Below the pieces are notes generated by a model. That model worked only from the letters and a program-made list of their open reading frames with translations, was not told where the DNA came from and did no database searches. Positions 1 through 9,350 of a stretch of 64,000 bases of DNA are shown here, piece by piece. The stretch covers positions 1 to 64,000 of the IMG/VR virus record IMGVR_UViG_3300033153_007973; one strand, given 5' to 3'. Made by a program: the position numbers and the translations under genes. The stretch's first letter is position 1. Every line of letters starts with the position of its first letter.

Positions 1-540
1 TAATTGAGGAATAGCATTGAATGCAAGTAGTCGTGCGAGTCCTTTTACAACAGAGGTCTTACCGACACCAGTTTTACCAATAACAAATGGAACTCTGTTC
101 TTTCTAGCTATGCATGCTGCTAGTTGTGTGATTTCATGTAAGCGACCTACTATTGGTTCTTCTAGGGAGTCCAGGCACATGTTCCCTGGCATTTCTACCT
201 TTGATGCTACCCTTGTTCCACTCTCTGATAGAATGTAGCTGTATAAGTGGTTGCTTGTGTATTTAGCTATCTTAGCAGCAGCACATACGATATCAGTGCT
301 CTCTATTTCATTGGATAATCGGGATCTGGATATCGAACTAGCAACTAAGAGCACCTCATTCATGGTGGTCTTCTTGTTGCCGGCCTTAGTGGCGATTTCT
401 TTAAGCATGACATCATTATCTCCGAGTTGTTCGGTTCTTGTCATAGCATTCGAAATGCATCTTGTTAGTGAGTTAATCGTCTTTGGGGACGAGTCAAACT
501 CTCTTAATATTGCTTTTGCAAGCCTACTTACGCTCTCCAT
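1..540 (-). CDS. ClpA/ClpB/ClpC-family AAA+ ATPase, N-terminal part (runs off window start; not in ORF track)
   Basis: Manual translation from ATG at 540 (AGGAG upstream) gives ...EEPIVGRLHEITQLAACIARKNRVPFVIGKTGVGKTSVVKGLARLL..., matching Clp NBD1 'DPVIGR..EI......RR.[22 protein letters not shown]'. Confidence 0.8.
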   Translation of the reverse strand, partial: MESVSRLAKAILREFDSSPKTINSLTRCISNAMTRTEQLGDNDVMLKEIATKAGNKKTTMNEVLLVASSISRSRLSNEIESTDIVCAAAKIAKYTSNHLYSYILSESGTRVASKVEMPGNMCLDSLEEPIVGRLHEITQLAACIARKNRVPFVIGKTGVGKTSVVKGLARLLAFNAIPQL

Positions 541-554
541 GTTTTCTCCTTTGT

Positions 555-597
555 AAAAAGGGGGACACGAATGATACATTGACCATTCGTGTCCTCC
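555..597 (-). terminator. Rho-independent terminator after the RNAP gene
   Basis: Minus strand GGAGGACACGAATG-loop-CATTCGTGTCCCCC followed by TTTTT. Confidence 0.7.
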
Positions 598-607
598 ACT
601 GTGTCAG

Positions 608-3600
608 TTACTTCGACGTATCCGACATCACCATTGTGTTGCTTCTTGAAGCCATTTGAAGGAAGAGACTTACAATGCTCCCGTCATCACCTTGAGCCGC
701 TGCTCGATGGAGACTTATAACTCCTCCGCTCATTATGGAATGAGCAACTGGTGTTGTCCTTGCGCATATTACGCTGACGCCGGACTGCCACTTACCACCT
801 TTAAACATGCTTTCGACCACCTTCTGCGCGGTCTCTGGCAGGCGCACGAGCTTTGAGAGCTCGTCCTGCAGTTCCTGTCTTGGGACTGCTTCCAGTGACC
901 TTAGCATATTTGTTACTATATCTAGAGTAGCCTTTTGCCCTTCACTATTCTTACTGTTTAGAGCAGGCTGTGCGAGTGAATGGTAGAGATCATTTGCATA
1001 TGTAATCCCTACTCTACCATGATCTTGCACCATGATATTTCGCATGATATTACCAATGTTACCGGCATTTGCAGCACCTTCTTTCATAAATCTGAACTCG
1101 GCTGCTGCAGCTGCCTGACCTTTAACTATGTGCTCAATGCTGACTCTTCCCTTCATATACCTGTTGAAGTCAGCATTTTTCTCTTTGCTATATCTGTCGC
1201 GGATATCTCTCCAGTTTTCGCTGGTACCAGTGGACATTGAAAACCGAAAGTCTACTTTCCGCTTCATGAGATTTTCGCGGGGAGAGATTTTGAGCCCCTT
1301 TAAGGCTTTGGAACAAGAAAGCATGTTGAAATACTTGGCGATCCAGATTTTGCTCAAGTCTGCTTTTGCCTTTGCTCCTAATGGAGCATATGCAATCATT
1401 GTATCGCCATCAAAGTCACCATCGAAAACAGTAACTAATGCTGGATTGAAGCGAATTGTGTTTCCCTTCCATACTAGCATTCTCATGCCTGCTACGTTGT
1501 TTACCTGATGTGCCGGATTTCGGCTGATTAGGCATCTTGCCTTTTGGCGTTTCAGGATAGAATTAATGGATCCTGTTGTTAGGTCCATCCAGTCATCTTC
1601 CGGAATCATATAGGATTTTCGGAAATCGGCAGATGCACACCATTTCTTAAATAGCCGAATTGGAATCTCGCATGTTGTCATGTCTAGTTGTGGATTACCC
1701 GATATTACTGCATGGCAGCTTCTGATAACTCTTGGAAATGCCAGCATTCGGATTATACCTGTCTTCCTGAACAGACGCTTTGCGATACCATTCATTACCA
1801 TGTTGAACATTTGATTTGAGCGAGTTATCATACTTCGCTCTATCCATGGATTGTCATATCCTCCAGCTTTGTGCTTTTCGAAGTTCTGGAAGTATACGAG
1901 CAATGTGTTCAATGCGTTCTGAACATCCGAAACTGTGAAACTTCCATTATTGAGCATATGGGCTTTTAGCGTTTTCGGTACTCTGATGTACATTTCGCCA
2001 TCCGAGCACACATATACATCTTCGGTTTTCACTTTATCTCGGCCCATTCGTGCATTTCGCTCAAATTGGGTTGGGTCATATGATGGTACATTTATCGATC
2101 TTGCGAATGCACCTAAAATTAACTTCATGTCTTTTGGAACTCGAACATAGCCATTTGACTTTAGAAGCCGTGGATCTAGAACTGTTCTCTCACGTAGTTC
2201 TGATTCCACGATATCAGTTTCAGCTGTAAGTGCTGTTCGGTCGATTGCTGTATCGATCACAATCCCATCCATTTGCGATTTCGGCACCAAGAAGCCATTT
2301 CTGGATTTCTTAATAAATCCGCCTTCTAGTGTAAATCCGAAACATTGCATATGATCGATTGTCGCCTCTTCCGCTTGCGTTTTGCGTACTTCGAGGACTA
2401 TCTCTTTTATGAGCTCATCCGCATTAACAGAGTATAAGCTAAACATAACATCAGCAAGAGTATACATACCTTTACCGCGGGGAGCGACTCCTCTATAGTC
2501 CATTAGGACATCCCTGCTGGCCTTAGCCTTTGATTCGGCATGTTGTTCAAGTCGAAAGTATCTAACCCAACCATAGCCCACGTTTTCATACCAGCTACCA
2601 TTTGTCCAGTCTACAACTAGTGCTTCTCGAGGTAGTTTAACTTCTTTGAGTTTCTTCGTAGCATCTTTGAATGAAATGTCATTTGCCAAAAGGGGCATTT
2701 TGCCTTGTGTTGTCTTTCGGGCATATATGCTATACATTTCTTCAAGAATTCGACTCGGACAGCACCTTTTTCCGACATATGGTGGAACGATGATATCTAC
2801 TGGTTGATCATTTATCTTTGGCATATCTTTTCTTGGCAGGATTTTTGCCACAATAACCTTGTTGCCATGATGATCTGCCAGTTTGTCACCGATTGATAAT
2901 CTTAAGGGATAACTCGATTCAACTTGTATATACTTTACGTTTTCATCGGAGTCGTCTCCATTCTCGATTCTTATGTCCGTCACGATAGCTGTTCTCTGTA
3001 GAGATGATCGCATAGGTCCGGCTTTGCATTTCCCGAGGTGTCCTCTGTTTACATATGCATCTAGAGTGTTCACCGCGGAGCGGAACTTCTGGATCATCTC
3101 TGCAGGATTGATTCGCAGAGGTTGTACCGCCAATTCTGCATCTCTGGCTTTGAAGATATCATAGTGTTTGACAATTGTTATGAATTCTTCAGATGCTTCT
3201 TTCGAAATGACACAGCCATCTTCATGAGTATATCCATAATACTCCATTCTTGCTGCCAGAAGATTTCGACCATGGGGTCGGAATTCTGGCTCATCATTCA
3301 TGTCTGCTTCTGGATTTAACATGAGAGGAGGCTCATCGTAGAGTAACTCACATGCTTGTGTTGTATATCTGGCCACGACTTGTCTGTTCGGCGAGATATG
3401 TCGATGAAATGGGTTGTGAGCAAAGATCCAGCTTACTGGGTACTTACCATATGCAATGACATCTCCATCGCTAGTGATTTTGGTTCCCAAACTCAGGTGT
3501 ACTATCTCACCTGCTTTTCCGCTCTGTTGGGTATCACTCATGACAAGATATTCGTTATTGTAAATCTTTTCTGGAGCTCCAAATGGAAGCACAACCTTGC

Positions 3601-4234
3601 CTGCTACATCTCTAGCTTTTAGACGGCTAGGAATATACTCCATTCTGAGCGAGTTTTCGTTGGATACTATTCTTTGAAGCATACCCTGACTGATATTCTC
3701 ACATGCAAACTGATACAGCTTGGAGACTACTTTCTCGTATATCAGGGTATTCTTCCTTACGAGGCGCCATCGGGCAGCATTGTAGCACGATGGTAACGTA
3801 GTTGCGATAACTTTCTTGAATTCACTGAAGTTCAGATACCTGCTCTCTGGTATCCATCCGAAGGTTTGTTTAAACCTGGCTAATTCAGCATCACTGAATA
3901 CCGCACGTTGCAGTATTCTCTCGGTAGCTGTTCCATCGAACGTAGAAGCACGATGATGCTCATGTGGAATATGAAGCATCTTCTTTTCCCAGTTGTACTT
4001 AAGAAATTGTGTAATGGATACTTCTTGGTCATGTGTGATGCATACTGGTGATAACATTACATAATACGGTGGGATCATTCGGTCGTAGTCACGTGCCACG
4101 ACTCTCGCCTTCTTCTCTCCGCGCTTGGTGTTCGCAGTGATGTCGATTTTCATTTCGCCATCTTCGAATAATACACTTAGTTGCGCAGAAGCTCCCGTGG
4201 CGAATTCAACGTGCAGGTCGTTGAAACTCGTCAT
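608..4234 (-). CDS. Single-chain DNA-directed RNA polymerase (fused, minimal beta + beta' like)
   Basis: Beta motifs in order: PFHRH..NRQVVA..TQA, GRNL..YYGYTHEDGCVIS, IGDKLADHHGNKVIVAKILPRKDMP..VDII, YFRLEQHAESK. Then beta' motifs: KTGIIR..PRVIRSCHAVIS, LISRNPAH, catalytic FDGDFDGDTM. Confidence 0.93.
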   Translation of the reverse strand: MTSFNDLHVEFATGASAQLSVLFEDGEMKIDITANTKRGEKKARVVARDYDRMIPPYYVMLSPVCITHDQEVSITQFLKYNWEKKMLHIPHEHHRASTFDGTATERILQRAVFSDAELARFKQTFGWIPESRYLNFSEFKKVIATTLPSCYNAARWRLVRKNTLIYEKVVSKLYQFACENISQGMLQRIVSNENSLRMEYIPSRLKARDVAGKVVLPFGAPEKIYNNEYLVMSDTQQSGKAGEIVHLSLGTKITSDGDVIAYGKYPVSWIFAHNPFHRHISPNRQVVARYTTQACELLYDEPPLMLNPEADMNDEPEFRPHGRNLLAARMEYYGYTHEDGCVISKEASEEFITIVKHYDIFKARDAELAVQPLRINPAEMIQKFRSAVNTLDAYVNRGHLGKCKAGPMRSSLQRTAIVTDIRIENGDDSDENVKYIQVESSYPLRLSIGDKLADHHGNKVIVAKILPRKDMPKINDQPVDIIVPPYVGKRCCPSRILEEMYSIYARKTTQGKMPLLANDISFKDATKKLKEVKLPREALVVDWTNGSWYENVGYGWVRYFRLEQHAESKAKASRDVLMDYRGVAPRGKGMYTLADVMFSLYSVNADELIKEIVLEVRKTQAEEATIDHMQCFGFTLEGGFIKKSRNGFLVPKSQMDGIVIDTAIDRTALTAETDIVESELRERTVLDPRLLKSNGYVRVPKDMKLILGAFARSINVPSYDPTQFERNARMGRDKVKTEDVYVCSDGEMYIRVPKTLKAHMLNNGSFTVSDVQNALNTLLVYFQNFEKHKAGGYDNPWIERSMITRSNQMFNMVMNGIAKRLFRKTGIIRMLAFPRVIRSCHAVISGNPQLDMTTCEIPIRLFKKWCASADFRKSYMIPEDDWMDLTTGSINSILKRQKARCLISRNPAHQVNNVAGMRMLVWKGNTIRFNPALVTVFDGDFDGDTMIAYAPLGAKAKADLSKIWIAKYFNMLSCSKALKGLKISPRENLMKRKVDFRFSMSTGTSENWRDIRDRYSKEKNADFNRYMKGRVSIEHIVKGQAAAAAEFRFMKEGAANAGNIGNIMRNIMVQDHGRVGITYANDLYHSLAQPALNSKNSEGQKATLDIVTNMLRSLEAVPRQELQDELSKLVRLPETAQKVVESMFKGGKWQSGVSVICARTTPVAHSIMSGGVISLHRAAAQGDDGSIVSLFLQMASRSNTMVMSDTSK

Positions 4235-4292
4235 TCGTTTCCTCCCAGAGTTTGGTATATTGGCTACAGATGAGCCATTGCTGATATTGTAA

Positions 4293-4688
4293 TTAATCCT
4301 CCTTTTTGAGCTGATCGATTTGTGTTTTTAGTTCGTTGATAATGTCTTCGTCGCCTAATCCGTAGTTTTGTAGCGTTTTTATAAATGCAGTAGATGCTTC
4401 TCTTAGTTTGCGAAGATCATCGAATATTTTCATTAGTCTTCGTCCTGCTATAAGAATATTTGGCCCAACTACTGATCTTGAGTTAAGACTTATTCTAATT
4501 TTCATACTTTCCATGCTACTAAATGATGTATTAATATGTACTTGCATATTTTCACACCATTTTATAACTGCTGCGAGAGTTGTTTGTTTCTCTCGTTTTC
4601 GGTGGGGATGGTTGATATTCAGTTTCTTGTCACTTGTGGGGTCAAATAATTGGCCATTTGGATCATTTTGTGCATGTTTTATTCTCAT
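4293..4688 (-). CDS. Hypothetical protein with N-terminal QLFDP motif
   Basis: 131-aa ORF in gene orientation. Confidence 0.6.
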   Translation of the reverse strand: MRIKHAQNDPNGQLFDPTSDKKLNINHPHRKREKQTTLAAVIKWCENMQVHINTSFSSMESMKIRISLNSRSVVGPNILIAGRRLMKIFDDLRKLREASTAFIKTLQNYGLGDEDIINELKTQIDQLKKED

Positions 4689-4694
4689 AGTTTG

Positions 4695-5096
4695 TTACGA
4701 ATCTCTTTTTGTCCTTTCCCACTCTAGAATACGTGGCATTACTGCTATCTTAAATGCTGTGAGGAGTTTATCAACTCCTTGTGCTGTTACATCATTAGAA
4801 ATCATAGATCTTTCAAGTGTAGCTATAATCTCACACCAAATTTTATTATATGGATCGATTACTTCTCTGATGTTTGACACAGCAATTTTAAGGTTTAAGC
4901 CACTACTACAGAGTTCCATTCCACAAGTGTTAGTTGTTACTCTCACTCCGTTATCTAGGAACTCAATTCTTGCGCGGTTTTCTTTGCACCATTCTTGTGC
5001 GTCTTCTTCCTCTTTCGTCTCTGTCTTCTTCTCTTCTTTAACTTCTTTGATTGGTTCTCCTGGGATGGGGTCGAAGATGTTGTCAATATCGGGCAT
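4695..5096 (-). CDS. Hypothetical protein with N-terminal DNIFDP motif
   Basis: 133-aa ORF with GAGGTG SD. Confidence 0.65.
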   Translation of the reverse strand: MPDIDNIFDPIPGEPIKEVKEEKKTETKEEEDAQEWCKENRARIEFLDNGVRVTTNTCGMELCSSGLNLKIAVSNIREVIDPYNKIWCEIIATLERSMISNDVTAQGVDKLLTAFKIAVMPRILEWERTKRDS

Positions 5097-5260
5097 ATGT
5101 CACCTCTGTATGGATCAAATAAGTCATCGTTACTTTTCAGGACTTTTGATCTCATTTTATTGCCTTCTTTAGTGCTAAGAATAGACAGAACGGCATGATG
5201 ATTATAACCACTACTGCAATAACTAGTATATTAGCTGATGGTGCTTCGCATTTTTCCATT

Positions 5261-5333
5261 TAGCAGGGACTGGATTCGAACCAGTGACCTAGTGGTTATG
5301 AGCCACTCAAGCTAACCTCTGCTCCACCCTGCT
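5261..5333 (-). tRNA. tRNA-Met(CAT), initiator-like D arm; no encoded CCA
   Basis: AGCAGGG/CCCTGCT acceptor, TGGAGCAG..GGTTAGCT D arm, anticodon loop CTCATAA, T loop TTCGAAT. Confidence 0.9.
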
Positions 5334-5381
5334 GTTGTTTCTGTTTTAACTTGTGATATTCCTTGAAAGCATAAAGAAAAA

Positions 5382-5697
5382 GCATCTTCTAATGACAGCC
5401 AGTTGTGTGTGGATGCCGAGAGTAGCTACACATGATCTGGATTTCTCCAGTGTCGGAATTCACCGAACACCATGTCGTAAGTCTTTTGTCCTGACACATG
5501 ATAACCCGAGTTTAGTCACCTGGGTAGGGTGTGAGTCGTGATGTCGTGAGTCATAAGTCGTTATATTTGAGTCGTGGATCGCTAATGCGATACCAATCTG
5601 AATATAGGTTTCAGGCCTATTCCTCAGTGAGTTTGATCACGATATCGTTCGTGTCAAGGACGCTCTCTATTTCCTCTGTTTACATCACAGAAGATGC
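5382..5697 (-). ncRNA. Candidate ~315-nt structured RNA with short internal repeats, downstream of the coiled-coil gene
   Basis: Ends pair (GCATCTTCT/AGAAGATGC) followed by a T run; internal repeats CACGAC/AACGAC/TATGAC/TACGAC; no credible ORF. Confidence 0.5.
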
Positions 5698-5706
5698 AGT
5701 TTTTGT

Positions 5707-6243
5707 CTAGTCGACCATGTTTGTGGTGGCATTTATCACTTCCAAACGCGATTCAATCTCGTCCAGAAGGTCCTGCCACGCACGCTGTTTCTTGCGCTTG
5801 TCGTCCTCGTTGAACATCGCCATGGCAGTGGGTGTTTTCTCGTTCTCCCGAGCACGCATGCTCAGACGACTCATGCGGCTTTCTGCTTCGTGCAGGTTCA
5901 GGGCGTTGTACGCCAGCGATACAAGGTTCTTGGTCTTCCTGCGGATGTACAGCAGATCAGCCAGAGAGTACTCTTTCCCTTGGATCGTGACTTTGACGGA
6001 CATGTTAGTTCGATCAATCTGGAGCTTCAGTCCGCGCATCTCACGTTCCATGCTTTCGACAGATTGGACAAGGGAAGCGACTTTGGCGGTCTGTTTCTCT
6101 TTTGTCTCGAACCGAGGGATCTCGGTAGAAACCACGGATGCATACTCCTGAATGTCAGTAGCTGTATCGTGACAGCGCTTCTCCAGGACCCGGAGTCTTT
6201 TCAGCCCCTCGATGATCTTTTCTGGTTTCTTCTCTTCTGGCAT
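5707..6243 (-). CDS. Coiled-coil protein resembling the DIP1984/DUF6847-like family
   Basis: IIEGLKRLRVLEKR at the N-terminus and DEIESRLEVINATT at the C-terminus; strong AAGGAG SD. Confidence 0.6.
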   Translation of the reverse strand: MPEEKKPEKIIEGLKRLRVLEKRCHDTATDIQEYASVVSTEIPRFETKEKQTAKVASLVQSVESMEREMRGLKLQIDRTNMSVKVTIQGKEYSLADLLYIRRKTKNLVSLAYNALNLHEAESRMSRLSMRARENEKTPTAMAMFNEDDKRKKQRAWQDLLDEIESRLEVINATTNMVD

Positions 6244-6291
6244 TGTGTTCTCCTTTTAATCGTGATGTAATATAGCTGATACTTGACCATG

Positions 6292-6909
6292 TCAAGTCTT
6301 TTTCTTACGTTTTTCGAGTTCTCGCATTGTCTTTACTTTGTCCTCGACGAATTGTAGTTGCTCTTTAAGATCGTTTCTGACCTGTAGTAATAGTTCTGTT
6401 GAAACAACTTTGATCTTGTGTTCTTCTATAAATGCATGCATATCTTTAGCCTTATAGAAGTGCATCAAGAGATGCCATTTGTTATCTACTGTGTCTGGCA
6501 TAACGCTGGCTCTTACCTCAACCTTTCCGTTCTTGCTGTACCATGAAAAGTCGAATGAGTCTCTAACAAGTGGTCTGATTCCATCTATGACATACTTTGG
6601 TAGTGCTCGTCTTGTTCTGATAGTGAAGTTATGAAAATGAGGACTATATTCCCAAGTGAAGTATCTCATGACATCGTTGGAGAAGATGACTACCGATGCA
6701 ATCTTTAGTTTCTGCTGGATTATCTTGTGTTCTCGGGCACGGAGTGCATCCATATGTTTCTTTGCGGCACGGAACATGCCTCTGACAGTAAACCTTATAT
6801 CTTTGGACTGTGTTTTTGGCACTTTTTGCATACGAATATGTAACTCCCTTTCGTGATACAGTGTATCTGGATTATCCAGTGATGTCTGCACCAGAGCTCT
6901 TTCCACCAA
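6292..6909 (-). CDS. Hypothetical protein
   Basis: 205-aa ORF in operon orientation; start uncertain. Confidence 0.5.
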   Translation of the reverse strand: MVERALVQTSLDNPDTLYHERELHIRMQKVPKTQSKDIRFTVRGMFRAAKKHMDALRAREHKIIQQKLKIASVVIFSNDVMRYFTWEYSPHFHNFTIRTRRALPKYVIDGIRPLVRDSFDFSWYSKNGKVEVRASVMPDTVDNKWHLLMHFYKAKDMHAFIEEHKIKVVSTELLLQVRNDLKEQLQFVEDKVKTMRELEKRKKKT

Positions 6910-6984
6910 TCTTTGATGTCATACTTCTTTAAGAACCACTTCATACGGAGTTTGGTCTTTAGGTTCATAAAAGATGCGACAACC

Positions 6985-7647
6985 TCACGGTATTTCTTCA
7001 ATAGGCACATGTAAGTCTTCCGGAGTGGTTTTGTAGATTTCGGAGCATTCTGGGCTCCAGGGTTCTTTGTATTCAATTTTGAGCTCCTTGCAAAGTTCTT
7101 GAATGAACGGTAGCCAACCTTTATACCATATATGAAGTATGTGGCTATCGCAAGTCTTCTGTATCAGGATGAACTCCCAATCATCATACAGGTTCGGTTT
7201 GCCTATGCTATCCGCGAAATCACGAAGTTTATCCATGATCCAATGAGCTACCCAATGTGCACCGCTGGTTTCCGTGGGCATGTTATCCTTGATATAGTCA
7301 TACAAAGCTCGAGCTTGTTTCCTATCGAGTTCATTTTCTCTCCGTAACTCAGTAACCTGCGACAAGAATGCTTTCTCTGTTTCCTCTTGGAGATATTGGG
7401 AGTTGACCAGATCCGGGAACAGCTTCTTCGACCAATAGTCGAAGCCGATCCTCGTGAGGAATTCCTTAATCCCGCAACCGCAGGATCCCCATGTATACAT
7501 ACCCTGTGTGTCAGCACAGGCAACAATGACTACACCACCTTGATAATCATCTCTCTTGAAGGGTTCAATTGATACACGCATTTCATCGAGCCATTTTCTC
7601 TGAATAACATATGTCTCTATTTGTTTTTTGGTGATTATTACGCTCAT
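6985..7647 (-). CDS. Hypothetical phage protein
   Basis: 220-aa ORF with AGGAG SD. Confidence 0.6.
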   Translation of the reverse strand: MSVIITKKQIETYVIQRKWLDEMRVSIEPFKRDDYQGGVVIVACADTQGMYTWGSCGCGIKEFLTRIGFDYWSKKLFPDLVNSQYLQEETEKAFLSQVTELRRENELDRKQARALYDYIKDNMPTETSGAHWVAHWIMDKLRDFADSIGKPNLYDDWEFILIQKTCDSHILHIWYKGWLPFIQELCKELKIEYKEPWSPECSEIYKTTPEDLHVPIEEIP

Positions 7648-7971
7648 TTAAGCACTCCTACTGGATATCAGATATTTTGGTCCGGTCCATGTTACATCCC
7701 ATGGAGGTTGGTATATATTGCCTCTTGCATGTTTGGCTGGTCTTGTCCAGCATGCAGCTCTTAGGATGTCGCCATTTGATTTGTCAACAAAGCCCCAGAC
7801 GTGGCGACCATTTATGCCATCTTGCGTTACAATAAGCTTAATGTATTTGTTGCCTTCAGAGTGTCTAATTGCTTGTTCGCGTCCTATTGCTTCACATAGT
7901 AGTTTATCTATGTGTTCTACAAGGCGAGAGAGTGCTGCATCGAATTCAAGGTTTCTTTGGATTGATCTCAC
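7648..7971 (-). CDS. Conserved small phage protein
   Basis: KYIKL..VWGFVDK.NGDILRAA.W..PAKHARGNI pattern is common in large phages. Confidence 0.65.
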   Translation of the reverse strand: MRSIQRNLEFDAALSRLVEHIDKLLCEAIGREQAIRHSEGNKYIKLIVTQDGINGRHVWGFVDKSNGDILRAACWTRPAKHARGNIYQPPWDVTWTGPKYLISSRSA

Positions 7972-8426
7972 ATACGATCCTTTAACATATAAAGTGCAAA
8001 TCTATATTTGTCCTTAAGTGTGCCTTCTTTGAGATCAGACATGTTGTGTTCGATATCGCAGATTTTAATAATTCTAGCGATATTGTGGCAGTCAACTTTT
8101 TGGATGAAGTCAAAATAGTTCTCTCCTTTGTCTTTCTCTCGAGTTAGACATACAACAGTATCAACAATTTCATCAGAGAATTCATCTTGCAGGTTTTCTT
8201 TAGTGTATTCTGTATCTTCGATAACATCATGGAGCCACGCTGCAGCTACTGCTCGATTAATCTGAATGGTGCCGTATATGCCTCTTTCCTTCATCCTTCT
8301 CTGAACTTCCTTTGCTACAGCTTCAGGATGTGTCCAATATGGACATGGGCAGACTAGTGTCTTGCGCATTTGATTCATATGCGCAAGCTTGGCAAACTTT
8401 TCTGCTCTTTCGGTTAGGTTACTCAT
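7968..8426 (-). CDS. HD-domain hydrolase, RelA/SpoT-HD (small alarmone hydrolase / MESH1-like)
   Basis: AEKFAKLAH..Q.RK, PYWTHPEAVA, AAAWLHDVIEDT, IKICDIEHN. Confidence 0.85.
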   Translation of the reverse strand: MSNLTERAEKFAKLAHMNQMRKTLVCPCPYWTHPEAVAKEVQRRMKERGIYGTIQINRAVAAAWLHDVIEDTEYTKENLQDEFSDEIVDTVVCLTREKDKGENYFDFIQKVDCHNIARIIKICDIEHNMSDLKEGTLKDKYRFALYMLKDRM

Positions 8427-9298
8427 TTCTTCTCCTTTATGAGTTGCTGTGCAAAATACTTAACTTCTTTATCTGTCCATGTGTTTTTGCACATGTTATA
8501 CATTAAACAAACTAGCTGTACATTGTCTTTTGTATATCCTTCACTGGGGTTGATTTGATCTATTGATGCTGACCATGGTGATCTAGCACCAACTTGTCTG
8601 CCAGTATCGTTTAATACAAAGGATATGCCAGTTCTCGCACATGAGCAATTTTGCTTACGCAGGAGACCTACTATGAAGTCGGTCGTTATGTTACATGGCA
8701 TCCCGTGCTTCTTTGCCCTGCAGATCGCACCCTTCGCTGTGTAGCTTAGGTTTAGCTCAATGGGTGTCTTCCACTTCCTTCCTTCAGAGAATTTGCGGTT
8801 CCTTTTGTGGGACTCTGATTCATGCTGCTTCCTGCATTTCTCTGAGCAGGTTAGTGGATGCGTAGGTGCGTTATACTCAAAGTCCTTGCCACAAATCTGA
8901 CAAACTGTCTTCTTTATCTTCCAGCGACCCTTCTTGCATCTATTTTCTTGTTGGAAGCAGCCACAACTTTTGGCTGATCCTTGTCGTAGATAGTCTCCTC
9001 TAACTCTTTTTGTGTTTCCACAGTCACATTTGCAAAGCCAGGCTGGTGATTTGGTTATGAGACCATCTCTCTTGATGACAACAAGTCTTCCAAATCTTGT
9101 GTCTGTTAATATCAGGATTCCACCTGCTCTGCATCCACAAGATTTTGTGTGCCCGTTTCTGAGCTTGCTCGTGACTACTTCAGTTTCTCCGCCACAGTCG
9201 CATTTGCAGATCCACGTTTTGCGTTTCTGCCCGTTCTTGTAGGTCTTTCCTGACCCTTCTTTAACAGTCTTCAGATGTCCAAATGTTTGTCCTATCAT
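8423..9298 (-). CDS. Free-standing HNH-type homing endonuclease
   Basis: Two WxCKCDCG...KSCGC repeats plus C-terminal SIDQINPSEGYTKDNVQLVC..YN..K; start at 9298 follows AGGAGG. Confidence 0.8.
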   Translation of the reverse strand: MIGQTFGHLKTVKEGSGKTYKNGQKRKTWICKCDCGGETEVVTSKLRNGHTKSCGCRAGGILILTDTRFGRLVVIKRDGLITKSPAWLCKCDCGNTKRVRGDYLRQGSAKSCGCFQQENRCKKGRWKIKKTVCQICGKDFEYNAPTHPLTCSEKCRKQHESESHKRNRKFSEGRKWKTPIELNLSYTAKGAICRAKKHGMPCNITTDFIVGLLRKQNCSCARTGISFVLNDTGRQVGARSPWSASIDQINPSEGYTKDNVQLVCLMYNMCKNTWTDKEVKYFAQQLIKEKK

Positions 9299-9318
9299 GG
9301 TGGTGCCTCCTAGATAGG

Positions 9319-9347
9319 AGTGTACCACACATTCTAGTCATTGTCAA
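9319..9347 (-). promoter_or_regulatory. sigma70-type promoter for the HNH gene, overlapping an SD-sequestering hairpin
   Basis: TTGACA-17 nt-TACACT; GTGGT..CTCCT/AGGAG..ACCAC inverted repeat. Confidence 0.7.
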
Positions 9348-9350
9348 CGG

